Source of the DNA: Lytechinus pictus
Taxonomy: Eukaryota
Assembly (NCBI RefSeq): GCF_037042905.1
Contig: NC_087252.1
Span: 6,574,001 to 6,634,000 of the forward strand
Direction of reading: 5' to 3'
DNA length: 60,000 bases
This document shows positions 47,501 through 60,000 of this stretch, in pieces; position 1 is the first letter of the stretch; each line of letters opens with the position of its first letter. The translations under genes and the position numbers were made by a program. Under the pieces are notes generated by a model. The model was not told the origin of the DNA. It did no database searches and worked only from the letters and a program-made list of their open reading frames with translations.

Positions 47501-50500
47501 CGGAAGTAAAATAAAAAAGTTATGACATATTACAGTTTCACTGATATTTCACAAAACAGTTTGTATGCACGAATCGGTGAAATGCCAATGAGAAAATCGA
47601 TGATGTCCCTCACTGTTTCTTTTGTTTTTTATTGTTTGAATCCCGGGTTTGAATTATACAATATTTCAATTTTTACAGATTTGACAGGAAGGACCAACTT
47701 GGCTGAAACATGAATGGTAATAGCTCTATGGTAATACCTATCATGTTCAGGGAGGAATAAAACTTTGTGTTCAAATGACAGTGGGTATAAAATTAGAATA
47801 TTTCATATGATCAAATACAAAAGAAATTGTGAGTGGGTGACGTCATCGATCCCCTTATTTTCATACCGACGAGAATGTCCATATAAATGCATTGTGATTA
47901 TTTACAGCCGATTTTGATGAAAAATTCAGTTTACGCTTGTTTGATCTTTTTTTTTTTTTTTATTCAAATCAACTTTTTTTGTGTGTGGATGGTCTTGCCC
48001 TTTAAGAGTGACTGTAAAATATCTTAACATTCTCATTTGACATACGATTTTAATAAGATTTTCAGCAATCCAGTTTTTTATTTTTCTCTAATTCTTCAAA
48101 TTTAAATATATATTTTTTCAAGTTCATTGAAATGTCATTATTTTTACCTTGACCATGTAACCTGTAAACTGTACTCACAAACTCCAGCCCCCCCCCCAAA
48201 AAAGATATATCTACATTTAAATGATATGGGGGCCATAACACACAGCTTAACAATGATCGTACCACAATCTACGATTGAAATCGTCAAAAATCAAGCTTAT
48301 GATTAATCGGTAATCTTTATGTCACGGGACCCTGGTTGCAATGTGGAAATTTGTATTTGAGGAATCAACTGGTTTCCAGCTGACTAAATTTTGAACTAGC
48401 TGGTACATGTTGGAAATAATATCAGTTCAACTAGTAAACAAACCAGTTAACTGTGTACCATAGAGAAGTTCCTCGGGTTATAACATCAAGCTTTCAAACT
48501 CAACCCGAAACCAAATTAACACGGGAGCTATAATGAATATTTTATCCATTTATGGTGTATCTATGGAAATTTAACCATTCTCTTGGTAACCAGGCATTAA
48601 GGTGTTTCTTATTTACACGGAACGTGCTTACTGTCGTTTTAATCCATCGTGATAAGAAGCTGCTTCTCCTATGAGACAAAGTTTATTCTTCAGTTTGTTT
48701 TAATAGTATATATCGTCGACAAAGCTAATTAGCTGAGCGCTGTCTGGCTGGTATGCAAATGAGGTCCTCATGTGAGGAGACTATGATGTCATCCACTCAC
48801 TATTTATTTTGTATTTTATTACTTAAAATTTGAAACATTCTAATTTTCTCCTCATTGTCAAGTGATACAACAATTAATTCCTCCCTGGAGATGTGGAATT
48901 AGCATTGTTAAATACTATATGGTTCAGTCAAGTTGGTCCTTATTGTCAAATCTATAAAAATGAAATATTGTATCATTCAAACAATAAAAAAACAAAAGAA
49001 ATAGTGAGTGATGGACATCATCAACTGACTCACCCAGTTGTGCATATCACTGTTTTGTGAAAAATAAGCAAAACTTTAAAATGTCATAACTTTCTTATTT
49101 TACATCCGATTTTGATGAAATTTTCTGCACTATGCTAGTTTGATTTTCCTCTATTTATTCAAGTCAGCATTTTCCCGGGGTGGACTTGACCTTTAAAGAT
49201 CCGATAAATGCTCATTCCTGATAGTTTATTTTGGATTATAACAATTATAAATGTAAGGTAACTCATTCGAATCTGTCGGGGCCTCAGAAATCTGTTAGAC
49301 TTGGGCGAAATTCTGTCTAAGAAGATAACGGTCAAGTCCATAAAAAAAGTTGATTCGAAATCAGTTTAGAAAAATCAAACAAGCATAACACCGAAAATTT
49401 CATCAAAATCGGAAGTAAAATAAAAAAGTTATGACATATTACAGTTTCACTGATATTTCACAAAACAGTTTGTATGCACGAATCGGTGAAATGCCAATGA
49501 GAAAATCGATGATGTCCCTCACTGTTTCTTTTGTTTTTTATTGTTTGAATCCCGGGTTTGAATTATACAATATTTCAATTTTTACAGATTTGACAGGAAG
49601 GACCAACTTGGCTGAAACATGAATGGTAATAGCTCTATGGTAATACCTATCATGTTCAGGGAGGAATAAAACTTTGTGTTCAAATGACAGTGGGTATAAA
49701 ATTAGAATATTTCATATGATCAAATACAAAAGAAATTGTGAGTGGGTGACGTCATCGATCCCCTTATTTTCATACCGACGAGAATGTCCATATAAATGCA
49801 TTGTGATTATTTACAGCCGATTTTGATGAAAAATTCAGTTTACGCTTGTTTGATCTTTTTTTTTTTTTTTATTCAAATCAACTTTTTTTGTGTGTGGATG
49901 GTCTTGCCCTTTAAGAGTGACTGTAAAATATCTTAACATTCTCATTTGACATACGATTTTAATAAGATTTTCAGCAATCCAGTTTTTTATTTTTCTCTAA
50001 TTCTTCAAATTTAAATATATATTTTTTCAAGTTCATTGAAATGTCATTATTTTTACCTTGACCATGTAACCTGTAAATTGTACTCACAAACTCCAGCCCC
50101 CCCAAAAAAAAATATATATCTACATTTAAATGATATGGGGGCCATAACACACAGCTTAACAATGATCGTACCACAATCTACGATTGAAATCGTCAAAAAT
50201 CAAGCTTACGATTAATCGGTAATCTTTATGTCACGGGACCCTGGTTGCAATGTGGAAATTTGTATTTGAGGAATCAACTGGTTTCCAGCTGACTAAATTT
50301 TGAACTAGCTGGTACATGTTGGAAATAATATCAGTTCAACTAGTAAACAAACCAGTTAACTGTGTACCATAGAGAAGTTCCTCGGGTTATAACATCAAGC
50401 TTTCAAACTCAACCCGAAACCAAATTAACACGGGAGCTATAATGAATATTTTATCCCTTTATGGTGTATCTATGGAAATTTAACCATTCTCTTGGTAACC

Positions 50501-51163
50501 AGGCATTAAGGTGTTTCTTATTTACACGGAACGTGCTTACTGTCGTTTTAATCCATCGTGATAAGAAGCTGCTTCTCCTATGAGACAAAGTTTATTCTTC
50601 AGTTTGTTTTAATAGTATATATCGTCGACAAAGCTAATTAGCTGAGCGCTGTCTGGCTGGTATGCAAATGAGGTCCTCATTTGCATACCAGCCAGGATGT
50701 GAGGAGACTATGATGTCATCCACTCACTATTTATTTTGTATTTTATTATTTAAAATTTGAAACATTATAATTTTCTCCTCATTGTCAAGTGATACAACAA
50801 TTAATTCCTCCCTGGAGATGTGGAATTAGCATTGTTAAATACTATATGGTTCAGTCAAGTTGGTCCTTATTGTCAAATCTATAAAAATGAAATATTGTAT
50901 CATTCAAACAATAAAAAAACAAAAGAAATAGTGAGTGATGGACATCATCGACTGACTCACCCAGTTGTGCATATCACTGTTTTGTGAAAAATAAGCAAAA
51001 CTTTAAAATGTCATAACTTTCTTATTTTACATCCGATTTTGATGAAATTTTCTGCACTATGCTAGTTTGATTTTCCTCTATTTATTCAAGTCAGCATTTT
51101 CCCGGGGTGGACTTGACCTTTAAAGATCCGATAAATGCTAATTCCTGATAGTTTATTTTGGAT
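41560..51163 (+). repeat. Macrosatellite, 5 tandem copies of a ~1.91-1.93-kb unit
   Basis: Unit starts at 41560, 43487, 45419, 47330 and 49239; near-identical short ORFs recur at the same spacing; units contain TTAA-type MITE sequence. Confidence 0.97.
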
Positions 51164-51545
51164 CACCACCCCGATCACGACGCGTTGTCGTAACACAATC
51201 ATTGTAGCCGTAATGGCGCCAACTATTCTATACCTTTCCATACAGAGTTGAGAAAGGACTGGCGGAAAGAGAGTATGAAAATTGCCAAGGCCTTGATGAC
51301 TTGGTTATGATCTTGGGCTAAGTCTTAGATATAAATAAAGATAGCTAGAAGTTACTCGTGGCAGGTCAGAGTACAGTCGAGCTCCGTTTTTCGAATCTTT
51401 GCCCGATTTCGCGAAATATGCTCTGATTTGTATCTCTTTTAAGATTTTATTTCTGCTACTGAGCTGCAAACAGAAGTCTTCTATGTGATATATATGCGAA
51501 TCAAAGCAAAACACAAAAAAACACAAATTTTCTTGAAGGACGTGC

Positions 51546-51603
51546 ATGGCAACGATTATAATTATAATGGACCTCACAATGATATGCATATTTCTCTCCA
51601 TGG
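51546..51603 (+). CDS. Gene 2 exon 1, signal peptide MATIIIIMDLTMICIFLSM
   Basis: gcATGG start context, gtgagt donor, phase 1. Confidence 0.65.
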
Positions 51604-54600
51604 GTGAGTACTTTTTTGTATTTCCTATCACTATTTAAAAAAAATCAAACAATTCGAATCGTGTGACTTCATTCATCCTCATCTGAAAAACACTACATAA
51701 TGCAAACTTAATGACGAATTTATAACAAGAACATTGGAACTGTGCGACTTGTGAATTGACAAGTGCACTGCAAGTCAATTTTTTTTGAACGTCAGATAAC
51801 ATGCCTATGCAATTAAAAATTATTTCTAAAAATGAATACAAACGTGCAAAAAATAAAGTTTAGACGGCACAAAACTAACGCGTCACATCAGTGAAATGAG
51901 TATATATATTATAATTTAGAGACACTGCTCAATTAATTCTTTATCGAGAAATAATGGGTTTATCGTTTTAAGCAGAATACATAAAGGCCTATATTTTGCC
52001 CAAGAAAGATACACATGGTGTCCCGTGAAAGCGACTACACTTTTCTTCTTCGCCATGGAAACCCTCGAAAGTTTTAAAGCTTTATTGTTATATTATATCT
52101 GCCTAAAGGTGGAATGTAATATCATATTTTCCAGACGTAATACATACACGAATTATATTTTAGCTGCGCGGCGGAAAATTGGTATTTCGTGTGTGTAACC
52201 TTACAAATTTATTGTAATAAAACTGTTTTCCCCTTTTCAATACAGACCTGTTCTGTAAAATCTTTCCTGTTATAGCAATTTACAGAATGATTTGGTTATT
52301 CTGTCAGTAAAATCTATTTTTTTAATTATTTTTTTTCTTATGTAAAATCTTCTGTTTTTCTTCTTCTAATAGTGCAGATGATGCCAGATGACAAAGAGTT
52401 AAGACTATCAGAACTTTGTTATATAGTAATTACCATGGCAACATGATTCAGCAGACCAATTACAATTATAAGGCCGGTTTCCATAGTAGTTTCCGTAATC
52501 ATGGTAATGGCATAATATAATGAATGCTCTCGAGAGCGCCTGCCGAGCCAGGGTAGCTATAATACTAAAGCCAGGGTAATTCTACGATATTTTAAATATG
52601 ATATCAAACGCTATATTACATAGGTTACTGCCAATAACGATAATATAAATAATGACAGTGTTAATGACAGTGTGTGTGGGCGCGTCGTGGTCTAGTGGTT
52701 ATGACTCTCGCCTTTCAAACGGAGGGTCGTGGGTTCGAATCCTCGCCATGGCGTGAAATTTAGCAAGAAATTTATCCACACTGGTGCACTCGACCCAGGT
52801 GGGGTGAATGGGTACTGGCAGGAAGTAATTCCTCAAAAAGCTGTGCTTACCAGTATCGGTAGACTAGCTTAGCCGGGGTAATATAGGAGCGCCTTGAGCA
52901 CTTAGCCAGGTGGATACGTGCGCTATACAAATCCTATATTATTTATTTTATTTATTAATGATGATAATGATGGTGATAATGTTAATTGATAATCATATAA
53001 TTATGATTATTACAATGGTTCATTCTTGACGCTTTTCCATTTCGTCTTCCAATTTGATGACAGTTCTTGCATCATCGGAGGCAGTGAGGGCATGTTCAGA
53101 TGGGCTTGGCTTAAACTACACATTGCCAAAGTTTAATGAGTGCAAGAAGAGACTTCATCCTAATGGATCCATGATCCAGACCATTCCAAAGCTCATCCGG
53201 CTGTCAACAACCGATGCTGCATGTCCAAGAAGAAGCAACAGATCAGGACTCCCCTTCGGATATGTAATTTGCAAGTTTCCTGGTAATTATCTAAATTAAA
53301 AATCTTTTTTTTTAATCAAAGGTTATGCACTCGCCAGATCAAAGATTTTTTACATTTAAACAATATAGCATTTAAATATATTATAAACATTTGAACAATA
53401 TAAACACGACTATGCTTGACTCATTTTAAATTACATTTACAAGCTATGTGGAGAACGTTACGAAGTTTTTTTTCTCCAGGTTGTTGAGGTTTCGCCCTTT
53501 AGCTGTGAACTATACCAAGCTTCTGGGCCCTTCTGGGTACATTTTTTTTTATTGGAGGTGCTGATGTAAATTTGAAAAGCAAATAAATAAATAAACAAAA
53601 AACGTTTTACTACAAAATGGAAGTCAAATTGTTCTCGAGATATGTGAAATGAAAAAGAAAGAACAAAAAAAGAAGGTTTTTACTTACAGAATGGAGGTCA
53701 TATATTGGTCCCGAGATATTTAAAAAGAAAGAAGAAAGGGGGAAAAGGGTTTCACTAAATGTGAATGTAATTTTGGTTACATTTTTACACATCTTCCATA
53801 ATACCTTGGGGTGCTGCCTATAAAGATTGATACACACAGCACCCCCGCGGATTTTTTTTTTGATGCTTCAGCACCCCCCGCTTTCCAGGCCCATGAACTG
53901 TACATCAATTTTCTATTTTTTTTCTGTGTCTATTTTGAATAATTATCTACTTAACCAAGCATCTCTTTAAAGGAGCTATGATTATGCTTTTGAGCTGTAA
54001 TTTATTCTCTTCCAAATAATGTGATAAAGTGGGAGGAAAATGATAAATGATAACTAAAATCAAACAGAATAAAGATACATCACGTTTTCAGACAAAATCA
54101 ATATTTCCTTACCTTGCTAACAAAGCGTCTCCAATCCCGAATTACTGTTTAATTCAGAAATCATTCGTACCGAAGACAAGCTCCCTCTTTCAACTCACTC
54201 CCTTTAATTAATTACTCTCTATACATATCACAGGCAATAAATATATATGTAAAATTGCATAATAAAGGGTATAAGGCAATTTTACTATATACCTTTTTGT
54301 ATACTTATACTGAGCTTTTACTTCGTAGAAACTCATGTAATTTAGACTTTGACTGCGAATTCGATTTTATTATCTATTGAACCATATGTTTGACTGATGT
54401 GTTATAAATGGTTTATTTCTCATCTCTGAGCTTCCAGAAAAGGTAACCTTTTTTTTGTAAACAAAGCACTATGATTGACAAAACGTTCTCGTGTATGAGC
54501 TTCTCGACGAGACTTCTCTTGCTAGGCTTTTTATTTCAAAATATATAGATAATCGGCGCCTCATAAATTCTGGTTATATTACCATTTCTTTTCATAATCT

Positions 54601-54810
54601 AAAGATTGTGAGATGAATAATTGCCAGAACGGCTGGTGCGAGGAGACTATGGAAGGCTATGAATGTCACTGCTCAAATGGATTTCAAGGAAAATATTGTA
54701 ACGAACGTAAGAAATACTACCACTCTACTAGATTCTTTGCAATATCATTACTACTTTACTACTTTTACTACTATATACTACTACTACTACTATGACTACT
54801 ACCATGACTT

Positions 54811-54846
<36 letters not shown>

Positions 54847-54847
54847 T

Positions 54848-54880
<33 letters not shown>

Positions 54881-54885
54881 CACTA

Positions 54886-54946
<61 letters not shown>

Positions 54947-54974
54947 CACTACTCTATTACTACTACTACTATTC

Positions 54975-55011
<37 letters not shown>

Positions 55012-58000
55012 TACTACTACTACTATTGCTGCTACTACTGAATTTCATATTATTACTAATAGTGGTAGTAGTACTACTATATACTACTATAAGTTTTCCC
55101 GTCCAATTTCATCAGAGTTGCATTTAAACTAATGAAATGACGTTCAAATTCGAAATATTTTGTCAACCCTCTGCACACATTGTTCATTTTCATTTATCAG
55201 CATTCAACTCCGTTCTATATCATTCCTTTGAATTTTGTAGAAATTCAATTTAGGGAGAAATTCGTTCAAATTAATGGCCCAAAGTTTTCATTTAATTTCG
55301 CTACGACGAAGTGATCGTTTAATTTCGCCTAAAATACCATTTTTAATTTCATTTATCGGCACACATATTTTCACTTTAAACGTCCAAATTCAGATAACAT
55401 GTTTCTGTGTTCATTTTCTTTTTATTACGTTATACAATATTTGTTTCCAAACTTTACCCTATCTTTCTATTTTTTTTCTGATCTTTTCAGTTATAATCAT
55501 TTTATTCCATTAAATTTGATAAAGACGTAATTCACGTAACACTTATAGGATATGGTTGTAAGCGGTTATTCTTTTAGTGATTAATGAGTGGGTGCAGGGG
55601 CAGATCCAGGATTTCCCAAAGGGGGAGGGGCACATTTTCCCGAGGAATTTGACGATAAAAAAAAAAGGTTTTAACCAAAGAATAAGGGTATTTCGTCCAC
55701 GAAAAAAAAACAATTGTACCTCTCAAATGGGGGGAGGGGGGTGGCACTAGCCGGCTGTGTCACCCCCCTGGATCCGCCAGTGAGTTGGTGGATGACCTAT
55801 GCCAATGTTTGGTATTTTTTCTTCATCATCTTCTTCTTTCTTATTTTACATAATTGTAATTTATATCGTTTGGGGGAAGGGATAAAAAACAGGCTTGACC
55901 ACAGTCTATAGTTAAGAAAAGTGGAACAAAAACTAGTTGTTGTTCCGATGACGGTTTATCAGATGGATGATACATTTCAGTAAAATTGTAAACATCCAAT
56001 TTAGAAGTAAACCCATTTCCAAAATTATTCAAAAAAAGTATAAAAAAAAACCAATGAAAAACACTGTCCATATCCCATAAGTGATTGCATATTAATGATT
56101 TTGAATTCCTAAACGTTCGCAAGGAGGGTACCGGTGCAAATTTGAAAACACTTCTTCAGCTATTTTACTTTGATAGTTCTTTACTTGTTTAAATGAGATA
56201 ACCGTTAAATCGTGTGCCAATATAATTAAATTGAATTAAATGTTAGGCTATGCATATGTTGATCTCATTGGTCATTCAAATTAGTTGCAAATTGAATTAT
56301 TACATCATTAAATCGGTTGATATTTTGACGAAATTGGACGGGAAAACCTATACTGCTAATACTATTTCTTCCCCTACCACTGTACTACTACGCCATGAGC
56401 TGCTAGTACTATTAGAACATCTTCTGTCAGTGTTTGGGACCGGGGGTGCTGAGGAAAAATGGTTTTCACGAGAAAATGTTTAGAGGCCATGTTGGTACCA
56501 AGGAATTTGGAAAGGAAAACAAGTTTTTAATACAAAATGGAGGTCATTTTGGGAAAATTTTTCATTTTTACACTTCTTTCCCGCTTCATAGGGCCATGTA
56601 ATAATGATATTATAACAAACTACTACTACTACTTCAACTACTACTACTACTCCTGTTGCTACTACTACTGCTGCGACCAAATCCAAGAATATCAAAATAT
56701 CGAACTATCATATTTGATATATAAAAAAACACTGCTTATTGCTAAAATCACTTGAAATATATGTATGTATGTGTGTATATATATATTCATTAAACAGATA
56801 TCGACATCTCGAATAATTTGATTTAAATACACTGTTGGTCATAAAGGTGTAATAAAATATTTTTGAATAAAAATCGACAGTTTTGTTGGTATTTGAAAGC
56901 CTACGCGTAGACAAAATGGTAATTGAGTGATCACATAATGTTTCCCCATTACACAGGTGACATTATAACATGATAAATTTGGGTTACGTAATAAATTATT
57001 TTGTTGTAGACTATAATAGCCTATGCATATGATATTCTGTCCCTTTCCCTGATTAAGCACTGTGTATAAGAAGGTTGCATTTTTTCGAGTTCCTTGTACC
57101 GTTTGAAATAAAAATCGGTAGAGACGTTCCCTGGACTATACCTGGTCCAACGGCAACAGCAACACGCGAGAGAGTGGAAGCACTGCGACAGGAGGGCTAC
57201 AAGCAGACTGATATTGCAGAAGTCCTAGGGATATCACAGAGTGCAGTCTCTAAGATCCTGAAACGTCAACGTGAGGCGGGGAATGTGCGGCCACGGAAAT
57301 CTCCAGGACGTCCCAGATTAACCACAAGAAGAGATGATCGCCAACTGTTGAATTTCAGCTGCAGAAACCGGAAATTGCCCACGAGCCGTCTTCGTCGCTT
57401 GTGGAGGAGATATCATGGGATCAACGTTTCCCGGTCAACCGTTAATCGCAGATTGCTCCAACATGGTTACCGAACACGACGGTTGACCAAATGTCCACGC
57501 CTGTCTGTTCGCCACAGAGTAGCTCGTCTTCTTTGGGCTAGGGAGCACAGAAGGCTTCATCCACGACATTGGCAACATGTGGTCTTCACGGACGAGAGCC
57601 GGTTCATCCTTGACCGAAAGGATGGGAGACAACGAGTTCGTCGATTAGCCGGGGAAAACCTTCGCAATGAATGTATTTACGAGACGATTCAAGGCAGAGG
57701 CGGCTCAGTGATGATATGGGCCGGCATCCATTATGGAGGGAAAACGCCACTGGTGGTTCCCGACGGAAACGTCAACGCCGCCGCCTACATGGATATCTTG
57801 GAGTTCCACTGTCTTCCATATGCAAGACGAGTGTATGGGCACAATTTCCGACTGCAGGATGACAACGCTAGACCGCACAGGGCCGCTGCAGTAAGGGAAT
57901 TCCTGGAGGCAGAGGGCGTCGTACAGTTGCCATGGCCAGCTTGTTCGCCAGATATGATCCCCATAGAGCATGCATGGGATGCCCTAGGCCGAGCCATCAA

Positions 58001-58764
58001 CGACAGAGAGGTCATTCCTCAAAATCTGCAGGAGTTGGCAGATGTTCTGAGGGAAGAATGGGACGCTATGCCTGTTGACGTCATCAACAAGCTAGTGGAC
58101 AGCATGCCACGACGTCTGCATGCGCTGGTTCGTGCCAGGGGTGGACATACCCGATACTAGTGACTGAGTAAGAACAATGACTCAAGTTTGATGCAAATTT
58201 GTCCATGAAATCACAAAAAAGAAGTCATCTGGAAAACTGAGAGAGATTGAAAATGATCCTTTAATTTACTGTATATTGTCGTCATTGTTGTTCTATGCTC
58301 ATGACATCCATCGCTTAGGACATAAACTTGTTAAATATCACTGTCAAACGTGTGCAAAAGGCAGAATAATAAAGTAAAGTGGTTATCATGCACCATAAAT
58401 GCCATATTCAAATCATGTTGTAATAATTACGCTGTGAAAATTTGGTGAAAAAAGAAAATTCCACCCTTATGACCAACAGTGTAGTTCACCAAATTGGCGA
58501 TTCTTGAAAAAGAGACATTGGCATAGTTTTTACCAGCATGCTATGTCTTTTTCCAAGTTCCTTAGCTTCAATGGTTGATTGAAATTTATTATGATCATAA
58601 ACATTTATAATACCGTTGCGTTTTACATTTGTTTTTATATCTCTTTTAAACATCTGACGAATTATACCGAGTTTTATATATTATATAATTCTCTTCAATT
58701 TTGATATTATTTTCCACGACAGAGTCTCTCGTGTCCGCAGCAAGTGCATACACAACCAATAAAG
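51546..58764 (+). CDS. 5' part of an uncharacterised secreted or membrane EGF-domain protein gene (exons 51546-51603, 53064-53282, 54605-54706, 58723-58764); continues beyond window
   Basis: ATG + hydrophobic leader, three further exons with canonical splice sites, all introns phase 1, no stops, one 6-Cys EGF module. Confidence 0.72.
52678..52956 (+). mobile_element. tRNA-derived SINE
   Basis: A box TGGTCTAGTGG, B box GGTTCGAATCC, body shared with the copy at ~683-1143, AT-rich tail. Confidence 0.82.
53064..53282 (+). CDS. Gene 2 exon 2, 4-Cys extracellular segment (LASSEAVRAC...GYVICKFP)
   Basis: gacag acceptor, gtaatt donor, phase 1-1, ORF 53054..53299, N-glycosylation sequons NYT/NGS/NRS. 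Confidence 0.72.
54605..54706 (+). CDS. Gene 2 exon 3, EGF-like domain DCEMNNCQNGWCEETMEGYECHCSNGFQGKYCNE
   Basis: C-x4-C-x4-C-x8-C-x-C-x8-C with GFxG..C, phase 1-1, gtaaga donor. Confidence 0.85.
54750..55090 (+). repeat. (TAC)n microsatellite
   Basis: Direct reading; explains the poly-Y/T/V ORFs. Confidence 0.95.
55595..55782. mobile_element. hAT-type MITE, same family as 39715
   Basis: TSD AGTGGGTG / AGTTGGTG; same termini. Confidence 0.8.
56830..58481 (+). mobile_element. Tc1-family DNA transposon, full length
   Basis: TIRs CACTGTTGGTCATAA / TTATGACCAACAGTG, TA TSD on both sides, transposase ORF inside. Confidence 0.95.
57138..58160 (+). CDS. Tc1 DD34E transposase; frame open but probable start codon reads ATA
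   Basis: HTH (IAEVLGISQSAVSKI), GRPR, VFTDESRF, QDDNARPH, SPDMIPIEHAW with 34 residues between D and E, GGHTRY end. Confidence 0.9.
   Translation: MPGPTATATRERVEALRQEGYKQTDIAEVLGISQSAVSKILKRQREAGNVRPRKSPGRPRLTTRRDDRQLLNFSCRNRKLPTSRLRRLWRRYHGINVSRSTVNRRLLQHGYRTRRLTKCPRLSVRHRVARLLWAREHRRLHPRHWQHVVFTDESRFILDRKDGRQRVRRLAGENLRNECIYETIQGRGGSVMIWAGIHYGGKTPLVVPDGNVNAAAYMDILEFHCLPYARRVYGHNFRLQDDNARPHRAAAVREFLEAEGVVQLPWPACSPDMIPIEHAWDALGRAINDREVIPQNLQELADVLREEWDAMPVDVINKLVDSMPRRLHALVRARGGHTRY
58723..58764 (+). CDS. Gene 2 probable exon 4 (SLVSAASAYTTNK)
   Basis: ttttccacgacag acceptor, gtaaaa donor, phase 1-1. Confidence 0.55.
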
Positions 58765-59164
58765 GTAAAACATTAACATTTTTCACCTAAAATATGAAGG
58801 GGTTAGGTTTTAAAAAATTGAAAAATAAAAAGACCCGCATAATTTTGTTTTCATAAAATGTGACTTTATGTTCCAATGATGTGGTTTTATGTTTGTTAAG
58901 TTTATTACATTTAGTAACACTGTAAAATAGATGAATGAAAAAAAAACATTTTCTCTGGATGGCTAAAAGTTGACTTAACAATTTTTGTATATAAATTCTT
59001 CAAACACACACCCACTCACCCCCACGCACACACACACATATATATGTATATATATATGTGTGTGTGTGTGTGTGTATTTAAGTGACAGTAAATGATATCA
59101 ATATTAAATCTTATTAGACCTTAACCTCACCTTCAATTTTTTTTTATTTGTATTATTCATATTT

Positions 59165-59355
59165 GGGCGTTGTGGCTTACGCCTGCCTGTAATCCAAGCT
59201 ATGTTGGGAAAATACAATTGATGCAGAGGTTCAAAGTTCGAGCCATGGTCACGTTTTTCTTTTTATATAATGATGTAAAAGCTCAGTCCAATACCTAAAT
59301 AATCAAATCTTATTGATACACGTCTTAAAAAAAACCTCGTTTACACAGACGCATA
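59165..59355 (+). mobile_element. Putative SINE with a 7SL/Alu-like 5' head
   Basis: GGGCGTTGTGGCTTACGCCT-GCCT-GTAATCCAAGCTA followed by B-box-like GTTCGAG; 3' boundary uncertain. Confidence 0.55.
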
Positions 59356-60000
59356 CTCTTTTATTGACAAGAAATTCAACACTTTTTTTTGCATCAACTA
59401 ATATGCCTAACAAAATTTTAAATATCTTCATAAAATGCGAATCCTCCACTGAAGGACAAAGGGCGATTTTAAGTTCAGTGTTGACCTTTTTTTGTTGGTG
59501 TTAGGTCAATTTTTACAAGAGTATACCATCAAACATAAACTGAAGATGGTCCTGAAAAGTCACTCACTAGTTGTTGAGATGTCAATAATGTGATCTGGAT
59601 CAGTTTTACAAACTCAAAATAGGTTTTGGAGCTAGGGGAAGCAATCCAAATTGTGCTTCCAACACCAACGCCAGCACCGAACTTGAAATCACTCATCAAC
59701 TAGGTTGCAAACATGTTAGATTAGTACCTTTTCATGATTTGTTTTAAAATGTATAGTGCTGTAATACACATACACAGTTTGCAACCAATGAACATCCGTC
59801 ATTTCCATACTAAGGCTTACAAAAAACTTTTCCACCCCGAGACACAACCTCACACACACCCACACCTTTCTCTCACACACTCACCCTCACACACATACCC
59901 ACACACGTGCGCACTCCCTTTAGCTTTCATTTACCCACGTCCAAACTCCTAACCCCACAACTCAATTCACACACTTCACCAACAATACACACGCACATAC

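Noticed and set aside
43407..50174. Recurrent 60-67 aa ORFs as a tandem gene family
   Set aside because: They are chance frames in MITE-derived units of the macrosatellite, frames break with homopolymer length, and no protein features are recognisable.
52678..52755. tRNA gene
   Set aside because: A and B boxes are present, but the sequence continues into a SINE body and tail shared with another copy in the window; no convincing cloverleaf.
54659..55132. Poly-Tyr/Thr/Val ORFs (possible mucin stalk)
   Set aside because: They are translations of a (TAC)n microsatellite lying after a strong GTAAG donor at 54707.

Overview
This is AT-rich eukaryotic genomic DNA. The repeat landscape suggests a sea urchin or similar marine deuterostome invertebrate, but that is an inference. 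On the + strand, 1233-38492 holds 17 coding exons of an NFRKB (INO80G) orthologue. They splice with GT-AG sites into one open frame of about 1791 aa (DEUBAD domain, winged-helix region, conserved core, then a 3.2-kb low-complexity last exon); the start codon lies upstream of the window. Its introns contain a full-length degenerate Tx1/L1-type LINE (18-bp TSD) with nested hAT elements, a 1.6-kb palindrome, a 4.4-kb Sola-like non-coding TIR element, a Helentron-type HINE, a 35-bp minisatellite and many MITEs and SINEs. Downstream are a 5 x ~1.92-kb tandem array (41560-51163) and the first four exons of an unrecognised signal-peptide + EGF-domain gene. That gene's introns contain a near-intact Tc1 (DD34E) transposon and a short element with a 7SL/Alu-like head. 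No prokaryote-type system is present. The best novelty candidates are the 7SL-like SINE, the palindrome, the motif-studded Sola-like element, the in-frame duplicated exon ends and the macrosatellite.
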